NCBI GenBank assembly: GCA_903878275.1
Contig: CAIRHC010000007.1
Location: 8,727 to 72,726, forward strand
Direction: 5' to 3'
Source: Candidatus Vogelbacteria bacterium
GTDB taxonomy: Bacteria > Patescibacteriota > Minisyncoccia > Phycocordibacterales > XYD1-FULL-46-19
Length of the DNA stretch: 64,000 nt
Part shown: one piece after another, positions 53,443-63,880 of the stretch
Position numbering within the stretch: the first letter of the stretch is position 1
Layout of the letters: every line of letters starts with the position of its first letter
The notes under the pieces: model-generated
What the model was told of the DNA's origin: nothing
What the model saw: only the letters and a program-made list of their open reading frames with translations
Databases searched by the model: none
Program-made: the position numbers and the translations under genes

Positions 53443-55587
53443 ATGGCACGTGATTATCCATTAGAGAAAGTAAGAAATATTGGAATTATTGCTCACATTG
53501 ACGCGGGGAAAACTACCACCTCGGAACGCGTTCTTTTTTATACAGGTGTTTCTCATAAAATTGGTGAAGTCCACGAAGGAGAGGCGACAATGGACTGGAT
53601 GGAACAAGAACGAGAGCGTGGTATTACGATTACTTCAGCCGCGACCACGGCTTTTTGGACGCCAACTTATGACAATGGCAATCCTGACCGAAAACATCGT
53701 CTTAATATTATTGATACACCGGGACACATTGACTTTACTGTGGAAGTCAAACGAAGTCTTCGCGTGCTCGATGGCGCGGTGGTGGTTTTTGACGGTGTCG
53801 CTGGTGTAGAACCACAATCAGAAACTAACTGGCGTTATGCCGACGAAGGCAAAGTGCCACGAATTTGTTTCATCAACAAGCTCGATCGTATGGGTGCGTC
53901 TTTTGATCACTCTTATAAAACCATTCTTGATCGTCTATCGAAAAAAGCCGTGCGTATTCAAATTCCGATTGGTGTTGATTCTGAACACGAAGGCGTGATT
54001 GATTTGATCAAAATGAAAGGATATCACTTTGAGGGCGATAAGGGTAAAGACATTGTCGAGATTGAAATCCCAGCGAACTTGCTCGAAGATGCCAAGGCTG
54101 TTCGCGCGGAAATGGTAGAAAAAATTGTCGAGCACGATGACAAGACGATGGCCGATTATTTGGATGGCAAAGAAATTTCTGTTGATGATTTGAAACGAGT
54201 TTTACGCAAAGCGGTTATTCATAATGAAATTTTCCCGGTTATGTGTGGTTCGGCTTTGAAAAACAAAGGTGTCCAATTGATGCTCGATGCGGTCGTTGAT
54301 TATTTAACATCACCACTTGATATGCCAGAAATTCACGGTGTAAATCCTACAACTGGGGAAGAAGAAACTCGGAAAATGACTGATGATGAATCTTTTGCGG
54401 CCTTGGCTTTTAAAATGCAAGCCGATCCATTTGTTGGGCAATTAACTTTCTTTCGTGTTTACTCGGGGATGATTAGCTCTGGTTCTTATGTTTACAACTC
54501 GGTCAATGGTGAGCGAGAGCGTGTCGGACGTATCGTGCGTTTGCATGCGAATCACCGTGAAGAAGTATCCGAAGCCTACGCTGGTGAAATTGCGGCGATC
54601 GTGGGTTTGAAAAGCACCAAAACTGGAAATACGCTTTGTGATGAAAATCACCCAATCATTTTGGAAGGTATTAAAGTGCCGGAACCGGTGGTGGAAATGC
54701 GAATTGAACCAAAGACCAAGGCGGATCAAGAAAAGATGGGCCTTGCGATGAAGAAATTGTCTGACGAAGATCCAACTTTCAAAATCAAAACTGATCCAGA
54801 AACGATGGAAACGATTATCGCTGGTATGGGCGAATTGCACCTAGAGGTTCTAGTAGAAAGAATGAAGCGTGAATTTAATGTCGAAGCGAATGTTGGTAAA
54901 CCGCAAGTGGCTTACAAAGAAACCATCACTGGCGAAGCGGAAGCGGAAGGTAAATATATCAAACAGTCTGGTGGTCGTGGTCAGTATGGTCACGTGCGGA
55001 TTCGGGTTAAACCATTGGAGAAAAATATTGATCCCGAAGCTAAAGTCGCCAAGAATATTAAACGTGAAGCTAATTTTGAATTTATTAACAGCATCAAAGG
55101 TGGCGCGATTCCTGGTGAATTTATCCCGCCAGCCGAAAAAGGTATTCGCGAAGGTTTGAGCCGTGGTATTTTGGCTGGTTTCGAAGTGGTGGATGTGTCC
55201 GTCGAGCTTTACGATGGTTCTTATCACGATGTTGACTCGTCAGAAATGGCGTTCAAAATGGCGGGTTCGATGGCGGTACAAGATGCCGCTCGCCGAGCGA
55301 AACCAGTATTGCTTGAACCATTGATGAAAGTAGAAGTGACGGTGCCGGAGAAATTTATGGGTGATATCACTGGGCACATTTCTTCAAAGCGCGGTCAAAT
55401 CGAATCAATGGGAGAAAGAGGTGAACTTAAGGTCATTACTGCCAAAGTTCCGCTCGCCGAAATGTTCGGCTATGTGACCACTCTTCGCTCGATGACCGAA
55501 GGTCGCGGCAACTACACAATGGAATTTTCCGAATACGCGATCATCCCAAACAATGTCGCTTTGGGAATTATTGAAGCGAGAAAATAA
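53443..55587 (+). CDS. fusA: Elongation factor G
   Basis: [21 protein letters not shown]1 motif, DTPGHIDF, the five-domain length of 714 aa. Confidence 0.95.
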   Translation: MARDYPLEKVRNIGIIAHIDAGKTTTSERVLFYTGVSHKIGEVHEGEATMDWMEQERERGITITSAATTAFWTPTYDNGNPDRKHRLNIIDTPGHIDFTVEVKRSLRVLDGAVVVFDGVAGVEPQSETNWRYADEGKVPRICFINKLDRMGASFDHSYKTILDRLSKKAVRIQIPIGVDSEHEGVIDLIKMKGYHFEGDKGKDIVEIEIPANLLEDAKAVRAEMVEKIVEHDDKTMADYLDGKEISVDDLKRVLRKAVIHNEIFPVMCGSALKNKGVQLMLDAVVDYLTSPLDMPEIHGVNPTTGEEETRKMTDDESFAALAFKMQADPFVGQLTFFRVYSGMISSGSYVYNSVNGERERVGRIVRLHANHREEVSEAYAGEIAAIVGLKSTKTGNTLCDENHPIILEGIKVPEPVVEMRIEPKTKADQEKMGLAMKKLSDEDPTFKIKTDPETMETIIAGMGELHLEVLVERMKREFNVEANVGKPQVAYKETITGEAEAEGKYIKQSGGRGQYGHVRIRVKPLEKNIDPEAKVAKNIKREANFEFINSIKGGAIPGEFIPPAEKGIREGLSRGILAGFEVVDVSVELYDGSYHDVDSSEMAFKMAGSMAVQDAARRAKPVLLEPLMKVEVTVPEKFMGDITGHISSKRGQIESMGERGELKVITAKVPLAEMFGYVTTLRSMTEGRGNYTMEFSEYAIIPNNVALGIIEARK

Positions 55588-55595
55588 CTAAAAAC

Positions 55596-55640
55596 AAAAA
55601 AGTTTACTCAAAAAATCCGCCTCTGGCGGATTTTTCTGAT
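55596..55640 (+). terminator. fusA terminator AAAATCCGCC-TCT-GGCGGATTTTTCTG
   Basis: 10-bp stem plus T-run. Confidence 0.75.
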
Positions 55641-55775
55641 AAGTTTTATCAAACACCGGGTGTTGATAGTCTCTGGTGTCGGACATTTTTGTGCTGTGTT
55701 ATCCACCTATTTACCTTGCCAACTTGCCTTGGGGGGGGGTATTATTAGGGGATTAGAAGTTAATCATAAAAATAT

Positions 55776-56589
55776 GGAAGGAGATAAAAATTACAAAAAC
55801 ACAAGAGAAGACTACGCTGAAATAGAAAAATTTGGTCCAGAGTTCGAAGAAAAGATTCAAGAAGGGTCTTTGGAAAAAAAAGATCTTGTTGCTAAAATAA
55901 TTGGTGATATTGAAAATATTGTTAAAGAAACAGGTGAAGACTTGTCACTTGAAAATGGCACGAAGAGGGAAATAGAGGAACTTTCTTTGATTTTGTCGAA
56001 GATGGAGTTGCTTGAAATCATAGATCCAGAAAATTTAAGTAATTTGAAAGAAAAGATTACCTCTTTTTATAACTTACGGCTGGAATACTTAACTTTAGGT
56101 AAATTCGATAAAACATTAGAAGAGAGAGATGGTATCTATTCAAGAATGCCACCTCAATTTCGAGCACCGATATCGAAAGGGACAGAATTAAGACACCGCT
56201 TGTTTTCGGAGAGTAATGATTTTGTCAAAGAATTAAGAGGAGCTCTTCTCTTAGAATTAAAAGCGGACGATGTTGAAAATGACGAAGATTTTTCTGGGAA
56301 ATTGGAAATGTTTGAGGAAAATATGAAGTTGTTAAAATCTTTAAAGGAGGGGGATTTGATAAAAATAACACATAATAAGGGAGAGAAGTTAAAAAAAGAA
56401 AAGTCTGATGTGGTTGTGAGAACTGTTCGTTTCTGTGAATTTAAACCAGCTTTTCGCGGTTCTTTTCAGGGAGATCTAGTGTCTCCAGAGGTATTTTTTA
56501 GCGAAGATATTAAAGGGAAAAAACCATTTTTTTATACCGATAGTGTTAGCCTTGGGCAACTTTTGCGAGTCGAGATAGCCACGGAATAA
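55776..56589 (+). CDS. Hypothetical acidic protein, cargo of the REP-bounded insertion
   Basis: Start taken at MEGDKNYKNT; E/K-rich, no motif recognised; the upstream part of ORF-track entry 55660 overlaps the REP palindrome. Confidence 0.5.
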
Positions 56590-56672
56590 CGGAATAATTG
56601 CGACTAGGGGTTTTTATGTCTTATGTCAAACACCGGGCGTTGATAATTACCCGGGTATTTGGTAGTTTTGGG

Positions 56673-57383
56673 TTATTCAAAATCTAATTCGTCATCTTTA
56701 TCTTTAATTTCTTTGGCACCACTTTCCTCAACCCATTTTTGGTAATCATCACCATTTTCTTTTATTTGCTCTAAAATAATACTTGAATCAAGTAACCGAT
56801 CCCAGCGATTTTGACCGACAAAATCACCAAAGCTTGACCAGCGGTATTTAGTTTCTTTTCCCTGTTGACCAATTTCCATGGGGTTTAGATGAATATAAGC
56901 CGAAGTACAAAGTAATTGTTCGTTATCTTTAACGTGAACAGCACGAAATGGTCCTTGAAATAAGTGTCCAGATTGTTGGTATTTGGCATTAAAATATTTA
57001 GTATAACCGTTAAGAACTTTTTGCATATAAATTGAAACTCCATTGTCTACTGCCGACTGAACTAAAATATGAAAATGATTAGGCATTAAAGAAAAGGCGA
57101 TAATTTTTACTATTTGATTGTCGGTAATTTCTTTTGTCTCTTTATCGCTAATCCCGAAATCATTAGTTTGAAGAAAATTTTTTGTATGAAATCCAATATT
57201 ATTAATACTTTTTAGCGACTGGAAATAGAGAAGATAAAACATAAACCTTGCTCGATCTTTATCGTCTTTAAAAATTTCACACTTTAAATTCCCGCGATTA
57301 ACTAGGTGAAAATATTCTCCAGCGACAAACGGAACTTGACGGTAGGGCATAGCGTTATTATACCACATAAATCTTATTATCAA
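56673..57383 (-). CDS. HUH-family transposase (IS200/IS605 TnpA-like / REP-associated tyrosine transposase-like)
   Basis: HUH motif HFHILVQ, downstream catalytic-Tyr-region YIHLNPM; flanked on both sides by the palindromic repeats. Confidence 0.65.
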   Translation of the reverse strand: MIIRFMWYNNAMPYRQVPFVAGEYFHLVNRGNLKCEIFKDDKDRARFMFYLLYFQSLKSINNIGFHTKNFLQTNDFGISDKETKEITDNQIVKIIAFSLMPNHFHILVQSAVDNGVSIYMQKVLNGYTKYFNAKYQQSGHLFQGPFRAVHVKDNEQLLCTSAYIHLNPMEIGQQGKETKYRWSSFGDFVGQNRWDRLLDSSIILEQIKENGDDYQKWVEESGAKEIKDKDDELDFE

Positions 57384-57873
57384 ACACCGGGTGTTGATAA
57401 CGTTGTGATTGTTCCCAATAATGTGGTGTGGAGCTTGGATTTTTTGATGCTGGTGATCACTGTGTTACAATAGAAGTATTATAAAATATCGTGAAATTTC
57501 AGATCTTAAAATTTATTTAAAATAATATGCTACAAAATACAACAGAAGAATCATCTGGCGAGTTGGAAAAAGAAGATGCTAAAAATACTGAAGACCTTCC
57601 ATTGGAAGCTTTCGGTCTTGATGAGAAAGAAGCCGCAGATATATCCAAAAATTCTGACGAGGTGGAAGATATGAAAAATTTTCTAAATTAATCAAAAAAG
57701 TATCTAAGCAAATTATTGACTGGGAGGGGAAAATTTCCCTGCGTTTCTGCTACCCGGTTGACTTATCTAGTCATTTTGTTATGATAATTACTACGTTCGT
57801 TGCCTGCATTTTGTGGGTGTCGCGTTTTGTTTTTTAATTAAAAATTATTACTAGTTAGCTAATTTTAAATAAT

Positions 57874-59067
57874 ATGGCAGAGAAATTTGATCGGTCTAAG
57901 CCACACTTGAATGTGGGCACCATCGGCCACGTAGACCACGGCAAAACAACATTAACAGCGGCTATTTTGCATGTCTTGAATCTTGCGGGAAACAAGGTGA
58001 AAATGCGAGGCGTCAATGAAATCGACAACGCTCCAGAAGAACGAGAGCGTGGTATTACGATTGCTTTGTCTCACAATGAATACGAGACTGGAAAGCGTCA
58101 CTATGCTCACATCGATGCTCCTGGTCACGCTGACTACATTAAAAATATGATTACCGGTGCTGCTCAAATGGACGGTGCGGTTATCGTCGTTGCCGCGACT
58201 GATGGTCTTATGCCTCAAACTCGCGAGCACGTTCTTTTGGCTCGTCAGGTTGGTGTGCCAAAAATCATTGTTTTCATCAATAAAGTTGATATGGTTGATG
58301 ATCCCGAATTGATAGATTTAGTAGAAGAAGAAATTCGTGAACTTTTGACCAAGCAAGAATACGATGGTGCCAACGCCCCAGTTATTCGTGGCTCGGCTTT
58401 GAAAGCTCTTGATACCAAGTCTGTTGATGATGAATGGGCAAAACCAATTTTGGCTTTGGCTCAAGCGATGGACGATTATTTCCCAGATCCTGTCCGTGAG
58501 ACAGATAAGCCTTTCCTTATGCCGGTCGAAGACATTTTCTCAATTGAAGGTCGTGGTACTGTTGTCACTGGCCGTATCGAACGAGGTATCGTGAAGGTTG
58601 GTGAAGAAATCGAAATTGTCGGTCTTAAACCAACTCAAAAAACTACCGTTACTGGTATCGAAATGTTCAACAAGCAACTCGATGAAGGTATGGCTGGCGA
58701 CAATGCCGGTATCTTGATTCGCGGTTTGAAGAAAGACGATGTGACTCGTGGTCAAGTCTTGGCAAAACCAGGGACGATCACTCCTCATACCGATTTTACA
58801 GCTGAAGTTTACATCTTGAGCAAGGAAGATGGTGGACGACACACTCCATTCTTCAACGGTTACAAACCACAATTCTACATCCGAACCACCGACGTCACTG
58901 GTGAAGTCCAATTAGCTGAAGACGTAAAAATGGTTATGCCAGGTGATACCGTCACTTTCACTGTTAAATTGATTGCTCCGGTTGCGATGGATGAAAAACT
59001 ACGTTTCGCTATTCGTGAAGGCGGGCGCACTGTCGGGGCGGGTGTTGTTACTAAAATTCTTGCCTAA
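57874..59067 (+). CDS. tuf: Elongation factor Tu
   Basis: [26 protein letters not shown] motifs; 397 aa. Confidence 0.95.
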   Translation: MAEKFDRSKPHLNVGTIGHVDHGKTTLTAAILHVLNLAGNKVKMRGVNEIDNAPEERERGITIALSHNEYETGKRHYAHIDAPGHADYIKNMITGAAQMDGAVIVVAATDGLMPQTREHVLLARQVGVPKIIVFINKVDMVDDPELIDLVEEEIRELLTKQEYDGANAPVIRGSALKALDTKSVDDEWAKPILALAQAMDDYFPDPVRETDKPFLMPVEDIFSIEGRGTVVTGRIERGIVKVGEEIEIVGLKPTQKTTVTGIEMFNKQLDEGMAGDNAGILIRGLKKDDVTRGQVLAKPGTITPHTDFTAEVYILSKEDGGRHTPFFNGYKPQFYIRTTDVTGEVQLAEDVKMVMPGDTVTFTVKLIAPVAMDEKLRFAIREGGRTVGAGVVTKILA

Positions 59068-59099
59068 TCCAGATTTTATCTAGCATTTTGTAAATTAAT

Positions 59100-59459
59100 A
59101 TGGCCACTACCACTAAAACAAAAAAGACTGTCAAAAAAGAAGACGCCAAAGAAACTTCTCGTTTACGCATCAAAGTTTCGGCTTACGAGCACAAACTTTT
59201 AGATGCTAGTATCAAGCAAATTGTTGATACGGCGATGCGTCACGATGCCAAGCTTCTTGGTCCGATTCCTTTGCCAACAGAAATTAAGAAATATACGGTC
59301 AATCGTAGCTCTTTCATTGATAAAAACTCTCGCGAGCAATTTGAAATGAGAGTACACAAGCGATTGATTGATATTGTCAGTCCTTCTCCAAAAATTATCG
59401 AGAGCCTAACAAATCTAAATTTGCCTAGTGGGGTGAATATTGATGTGAAGATGCTGTAG
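59100..59459 (+). CDS. rpsJ: Ribosomal protein S10 with about 18-aa Lys-rich N-terminal extension
   Basis: RLRIKVSAYEHKLLDASIKQIVDTA...VHKRLIDIVSPSPKIIESL. Confidence 0.95.
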   Translation: MATTTKTKKTVKKEDAKETSRLRIKVSAYEHKLLDASIKQIVDTAMRHDAKLLGPIPLPTEIKKYTVNRSSFIDKNSREQFEMRVHKRLIDIVSPSPKIIESLTNLNLPSGVNIDVKML

Positions 59460-59492
59460 AGAGGCTCAACCTTTTATTTTTTGAAACCACAG

Positions 59493-59720
59493 AAAACCCC
59501 TCCCGCGAGGGGTTTTCCTCTGCTTCGTATCTGGCCGTTCCGCCTTTGTTGCACTAAAAGTGCAACACGACCAAAGGTCAAAAGGCGGAAACCATGCCGG
59601 CCAGCTCTCCGCAAGGGTTTCAAAAAGCAAAAGGTCTCGCCTTGATGGCAAGAATGAACCTTTTTTGATAATTCGCAGATTTACCCGCCTTAATTTTGCT
59701 TTGCAAAATTAAGGCGGGGG
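59493..59720 (+). other. Structured intergenic element downstream of rpsJ: terminator plus nested-helix region
   Basis: Terminator AAAACCCCTCCCGCGAGGGGTTTT; then CTGGCCG-TTCCGCCTTTG-TTGCAC-TAAAA-GTGCAA-...-AAAGGCGGAA-...-CCGGCCAG nested helices; then a perfect hairpin CCCGCCTTAATTTTGC-TTTG-GCAAAATTAAGGCGGG (terminator for the minus-strand gene 59747-60244). Confidence 0.45.
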
Positions 59721-59746
59721 TTTTGGGTCGAGATTTTTTACTTTAT

Positions 59747-60244
59747 TTAACTATTCTGTTTTTTTTTAAATAAAGAAGAAATATTTTTATTGAAGCATAA
59801 AATTAGAACAGCGAGACTCCACCCGATAGGTATTAGCGTGGGGATTAATATAAGAAGAATAGCGGTTATCGATGGTTTCATAAGAAAAATACCAAATGGG
59901 CCAATTAAGAATATTATTACGGTAAATAAACCACCTCCCGAAGGTATCAGGGAAAAAATTCCATAAACAATGGCAAGAGTTCTAGCCCATTTTTTAGTTT
60001 TTAAAAGACCAAAACTAACAAATAATGGGATTATGATGGCGACGATTGCTATTATAAAAATAAATACTCCCATTTTTAGGATTATTTCATAAAAAGTCAT
60101 GGGAATCGGTGCTGGGACAATGGAACCACCCGGTGGCGACATTAACTCCCTAATTGAGGTAAAAAGGTACCATGAGGAAAAGACCGGAAGAATAAAAAAA
60201 AGAAGCGAAAGAATTTTTAAACCAAGAGGTTTAGAATCATTCAT
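59747..60244 (-). CDS. Hypothetical polytopic membrane protein (165 aa) inserted between rpsJ and rplC
   Basis: 5-6 hydrophobic helices; no motif recognised. Confidence 0.5.
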   Translation of the reverse strand: MNDSKPLGLKILSLLFFILPVFSSWYLFTSIRELMSPPGGSIVPAPIPMTFYEIILKMGVFIFIIAIVAIIIPLFVSFGLLKTKKWARTLAIVYGIFSLIPSGGGLFTVIIFLIGPFGIFLMKPSITAILLILIPTLIPIGWSLAVLILCFNKNISSLFKKKQNS

Positions 60245-60367
60245 ATTTTTATGATTAAAATAATAATTTATCTAAACTTATTGTAACATAATCGGCATAT
60301 TTCTTTGCTATTATCTTTGCCAAGACGTATAATTAAGGTATTAAAAATTATTAATAATAAATATCTT

Positions 60368-60799
60368 ATGGATCAATTTATAAAAACTCTTGATGAATAT
60401 TTTGGCAAGAAGGCACCCCAACTGCCAGTCAAAGCCAAAGAAATTATTGTAAAGGTTAGCCCATACTTGGCGATTTTGGGGATTGTTTTTATGGTTATGA
60501 GTATTGTCCCGTTGATGATGCTAGTGTTTGGTTTGGGGGCGGTCAGTGTTTTGGCTGGTTATGTTCCGATGCAAAATGCCTATATTTCTATCGCGGTAAT
60601 GCTGGCAACCGGAATTATCTGTGCGATGGCAATTCCTGGTTTATTTAAAAGAACAAAATATGCTTGGAATCTAATGTTTTATTCCCAGCTTGTTTCGGCG
60701 GTTGGTAGTCTTTTGTCTCTAAATATCATCAGCTTGATTATTGGTTTGGCTATCGGATTCTATATTCTTTTCCAGGTTAAATCTTATTACGTGAATTAA
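60368..60799 (+). CDS. Hypothetical membrane protein (143 aa); start taken at MDQFIK
   Basis: Three or four TM helices; terminator GGGAAACTCCCGCCGGCGAC-TTGTCGCCGGCGGGAGTTTG follows at 60812-60852. Confidence 0.5.
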   Translation: MDQFIKTLDEYFGKKAPQLPVKAKEIIVKVSPYLAILGIVFMVMSIVPLMMLVFGLGAVSVLAGYVPMQNAYISIAVMLATGIICAMAIPGLFKRTKYAWNLMFYSQLVSAVGSLLSLNIISLIIGLAIGFYILFQVKSYYVN

Positions 60800-60945
60800 G
60801 TGAAATTTTAAGGGGAAACTCCCGCCGGCGACTTGTCGCCGGCGGGAGTTTGATTTCTGCCAATTCTAAGCCAACCTCAATTTGACTTTTGGCTGTTATC
60901 TGATAATATACTTTGGAGCTCGGGTCGAGCTATTTTTATCTTTTT

Positions 60946-61572
60946 ATGAAATTTATACTCGGAAAAAAGGAGGGAATGTCACAAATTTTCGATGAATCAG
61001 GCAAAGTTATTGCCGGGACGGTTGTTTTGGCTGGTCCAGTGATTGTGACGAAACTTAAGACTGAAAACGAGACGATCAAAGCTATTCAGGTTGGTTATGG
61101 CGAGCGAAAGCTTAAAAATGTTGCCAAGCCACAGCGAACCATTGCCAAGAAATATGGCAAAGACGGCTTCGGTTTTACTTACTTAAAAGAATTTTCGACT
61201 AAAAAAGGTGTTTTGCCAGAAGTCCAGCTTGGTGACTCGATCGATGTGTCCACTTTTGCTGAAGGTGATACTGTCGAAGTCAGTGCTATTTCCAAAGGTA
61301 AGGGTTTCCAGGGTGTAGTCAAAAGACATGGTTTCAAAGGTGGTCGTCGTAGCCACGGTCAAAAACATTCCGAACGTGAACCAGGTTCTATTGGTGCTGG
61401 TGGTAAGCAAAAAGTTTTGAAAGGTCTCCGAATGGGTGGACGAATGGGTGGCGATCGCATTACGGTCCGTAATTTGAAAGTGGTAAAAATCGACCAAGCT
61501 GGCAATCAGTTATTCATAAGTGGTGCCATTCCTGGACGAAAGGGAACTTTAATCGAGATCGTTAGTCGGTAG
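60946..61572 (+). CDS. rplC: Ribosomal protein L3 (start at MKFILGKKEGMSQIF)
   Basis: N-terminus matches uL3 (MKGLLGKK.GMTQIFDE.G); GKGFQGVVKRHGF motif; ORF-track TTG at 60913 rejected. Confidence 0.95.
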   Translation: MKFILGKKEGMSQIFDESGKVIAGTVVLAGPVIVTKLKTENETIKAIQVGYGERKLKNVAKPQRTIAKKYGKDGFGFTYLKEFSTKKGVLPEVQLGDSIDVSTFAEGDTVEVSAISKGKGFQGVVKRHGFKGGRRSHGQKHSEREPGSIGAGGKQKVLKGLRMGGRMGGDRITVRNLKVVKIDQAGNQLFISGAIPGRKGTLIEIVSR

Positions 61573-61607
61573 TTTGTAGTGAGTAGACAGAAAAAATCAA
61601 AAATATC

Positions 61608-62348
61608 ATGGAAACAAAAACCAAAAAAATCAAAGAAAACTTAACTACTGAAAAGAAAGTGGTTGTTCCTGTGGAAGTCAAAATTTACAACACTGACGGT
61701 AAAGAAAAAGGCGTTTTGGATTTACCAAACAATCTTTTTGGTTTGAAGTGGAATGCCGACTTGGTCCACCAAGTAGTCAACTCAATGCTCTCAAGCGCCA
61801 GGACAGTCATTGCCGATACTAAAGGCCGTGGCGAAGTCCGTGGAGGTGGTAAGAAGCCTTGGCGTCAGAAAGGGACCGGCCGGGCTCGTCACGGCTCATC
61901 TCGTTCGCCGATCTGGAAAGGTGGCGGTGCGACTCACGGTCCTCACGCCGAAAAAAACTACGACAAAAAGGTCAACAAAAAAATGAAGACCAAAGCTTTT
62001 TTCACGGTTTTGTCTCGCAAGCTAAAAGATGGCGAAATTGTTTTTGTGGAGTCTTTAGGATTAGATAAACCAAAAACCAAAGAAGCCCAAATTTATTTAA
62101 ACAATCTCTCAAAAGTGGCTGGTTTGGAAAAAATTAATTTCAAGTCTGGCAAACGAGCTTTGGTGTCTGTTCCGGCCAAGAGTGAAATTGCCGAAAAAAG
62201 TTTTAAAAATATCAAAAGTGCGCACGTTGTTGACCTTCGCAATTTGAACCCTGTCGATCTTTTAACTTATAAATATCTTGTCGTCGCTTCACCAGTCGAA
62301 AGTCTTGGTGTGTTGACCGAGAGAGCAAAAACGATATGTCAAAAATAG
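61608..62348 (+). CDS. rplD: Ribosomal protein L4
   Basis: RGGGKKPWRQKGTGRAR signature. Confidence 0.95.
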   Translation: METKTKKIKENLTTEKKVVVPVEVKIYNTDGKEKGVLDLPNNLFGLKWNADLVHQVVNSMLSSARTVIADTKGRGEVRGGGKKPWRQKGTGRARHGSSRSPIWKGGGATHGPHAEKNYDKKVNKKMKTKAFFTVLSRKLKDGEIVFVESLGLDKPKTKEAQIYLNNLSKVAGLEKINFKSGKRALVSVPAKSEIAEKSFKNIKSAHVVDLRNLNPVDLLTYKYLVVASPVESLGVLTERAKTICQK

Positions 62349-62641
62349 GTAATCAATTAAAAAATGGCATCATCTTGATGGCGCCAAGAATCACCGAGAA
62401 ATCGACTGATTTAGCTGAAGGAGGCAAAAGTGCCACTTACGTTTTCGAGGTGGCAAAAGGTAGCACCAAGACGGAAATCAAACAAGCTTTCATTGCTAAA
62501 TACAAAGCGAAGCCGGTCAAAATCAACGTCATCAATTTGCCATCAAAGACCGTCGTTCGTCGTGGCAAAAAAGGGGTGAAATCTGGTGTCCGCAAAGCCC
62601 TGGTCTTTTTAAAAGCCGGTGAAAAAATTGAAATAATGTAA
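62336..62641 (+). CDS. rplW: Ribosomal protein L23
   Basis: Size, position between L4 and L2, and KYVFEV-type beta strands. Confidence 0.9.
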   Translation: MSKIGNQLKNGIILMAPRITEKSTDLAEGGKSATYVFEVAKGSTKTEIKQAFIAKYKAKPVKINVINLPSKTVVRRGKKGVKSGVRKALVFLKAGEKIEIM

Positions 62642-62642
62642 T

Positions 62643-63482
62643 ATGAAAAAGTACGCTCCTACAACTCCATCACAAAGAAATACTTTGACCGTGACTTACA
62701 AAGGTGTTTTGACGACCAACGAACCACACAAAGCTTTGGTTCGCGGGGCGCAAAGACACGTCGGACGAAACAATCAGGGACGAATTACCGTCAGACACAA
62801 GGGTGGTGGTCACAAGCGATTGGAGCGAGATGTTGATTTTCTATACAACAAAATAAATATTCCGGCCAAAGTGGAGACTGTCGAATACGATCCAAATCGT
62901 TCTGGCTTTATTACTTTGGTTTGTTATCGTGATGGCGAACGACGCTATCACTTGATGCCAAAAAACATCAAAGTTGGCGATACTTTTCTGGCTTCCGAAG
63001 AGGCTGATATCAAAGCTGGTAATCGTTTACCTCTTAAAAAAATTCCGGTTGGAACTTTCATCTACAATCTCGAAATCAAACCTCGTGGTGGTGCCAAGAT
63101 GATCCGTTCGGCGGGGAACTATGGTGAAGTGTTGTCGCACGACGCTGGCTATACTTCCGTCAAAATGCCTTCGACCGAAGTCCGCAAAATTACTGATGAT
63201 TCTTGGGCGTCAATTGGTGAAGTTTCCAACGAAGAACACAAATTAGTCAAATTCGGTAAAGCTGGTCGCTCTCGCTGGATGGGTATCCGCCCAACCGTCC
63301 GAGGTACCGCTATGAACCCTGTCGATCACCCATACGGAGGTGGAGAAGGAAGTCAAGGTCGTGGTACCAAGAGACCAAAGACAATGTGGGGTAAGATTAC
63401 TGGTGGTCGCAAGACTCGAACACCAAAAAAATACTCAAACCACTTGGTGGTATCTCGCCGAAAAGTGGGCAAGAGACGATAG
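62643..63482 (+). CDS. rplB: Ribosomal protein L2
   Basis: GRNNQGRITVRHKGGGHKR and the MNPVDHPYGGGEG signature. Confidence 0.95.
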   Translation: MKKYAPTTPSQRNTLTVTYKGVLTTNEPHKALVRGAQRHVGRNNQGRITVRHKGGGHKRLERDVDFLYNKINIPAKVETVEYDPNRSGFITLVCYRDGERRYHLMPKNIKVGDTFLASEEADIKAGNRLPLKKIPVGTFIYNLEIKPRGGAKMIRSAGNYGEVLSHDAGYTSVKMPSTEVRKITDDSWASIGEVSNEEHKLVKFGKAGRSRWMGIRPTVRGTAMNPVDHPYGGGEGSQGRGTKRPKTMWGKITGGRKTRTPKKYSNHLVVSRRKVGKRR

Positions 63483-63579
63483 TAAATTAAAAAGCAAAAA
63501 GCAAATATCAAAAATTATAAACAAAAAATCCCCAGAGCTTGTCGAAGGGGATTTTTTGTTTAAACTATTTTTTTGCCAC

Positions 63580-63618
63580 CTACTCAATCGTGCGACCGCA
63601 CGATTGAGTAGGTGCAGA
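63580..63618. terminator. Perfect 17-bp palindrome CCACCTACTCAATCGTGC-GAC-CGCACGATTGAGTAGGTG after the rplB operon fragment
   Basis: Follows a weaker hairpin ATCCCC...GGGGAT + T-run at about 63527-63560. Confidence 0.55.
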
Positions 63619-63654
63619 TTTTATAAAAATATTTACCATAATGCATATTCCGGC

Positions 63655-63684
63655 CTAGATTCCCGCCTGCGCGGGAATGACAAA
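63655..63684. repeat. Third copy of the REP-like palindromic unit CTAGATTCCCGC-CTGCG-CGGGAATGACAA
   Basis: Same unit as 7485-7552. Confidence 0.6.
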
Positions 63685-63880
63685 AAGAGTTTTTGTTATA
63701 AATCCCTTTGTTTGAGCTATTTTAGAGTTTTTGGATTCACGGTCGGTGGTCTTGACTAAATATTAAAACCGTGATACAGTCAAAGCAGATACCCTTGTCT
63801 GGGTTTTTGGTCGGTTGCGGGACGCATTGGGCGTTTCCGTGACTTTTGTCAAAAAATGAGAGAAAAAAAGGAGAAGTACA

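Larger units (their letters stand above)
55646..57400. mobile_element. REP-bounded insertion between fusA and tuf: three palindromic repeats, a hypothetical cargo gene and an IS200/RAYT-like HUH transposase
   Basis: Imperfect palindromes TTATCAAACACCGGGTGTTGATA at 55646-55668, 56621-56645 (TTATGTCAAACACCGGGCGTTGATA) and 57375-57400; these bracket ORF 55776-56589 and the transposase at 56673-57383; the insertion interrupts the normally contiguous fusA-tuf. Confidence 0.6.
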
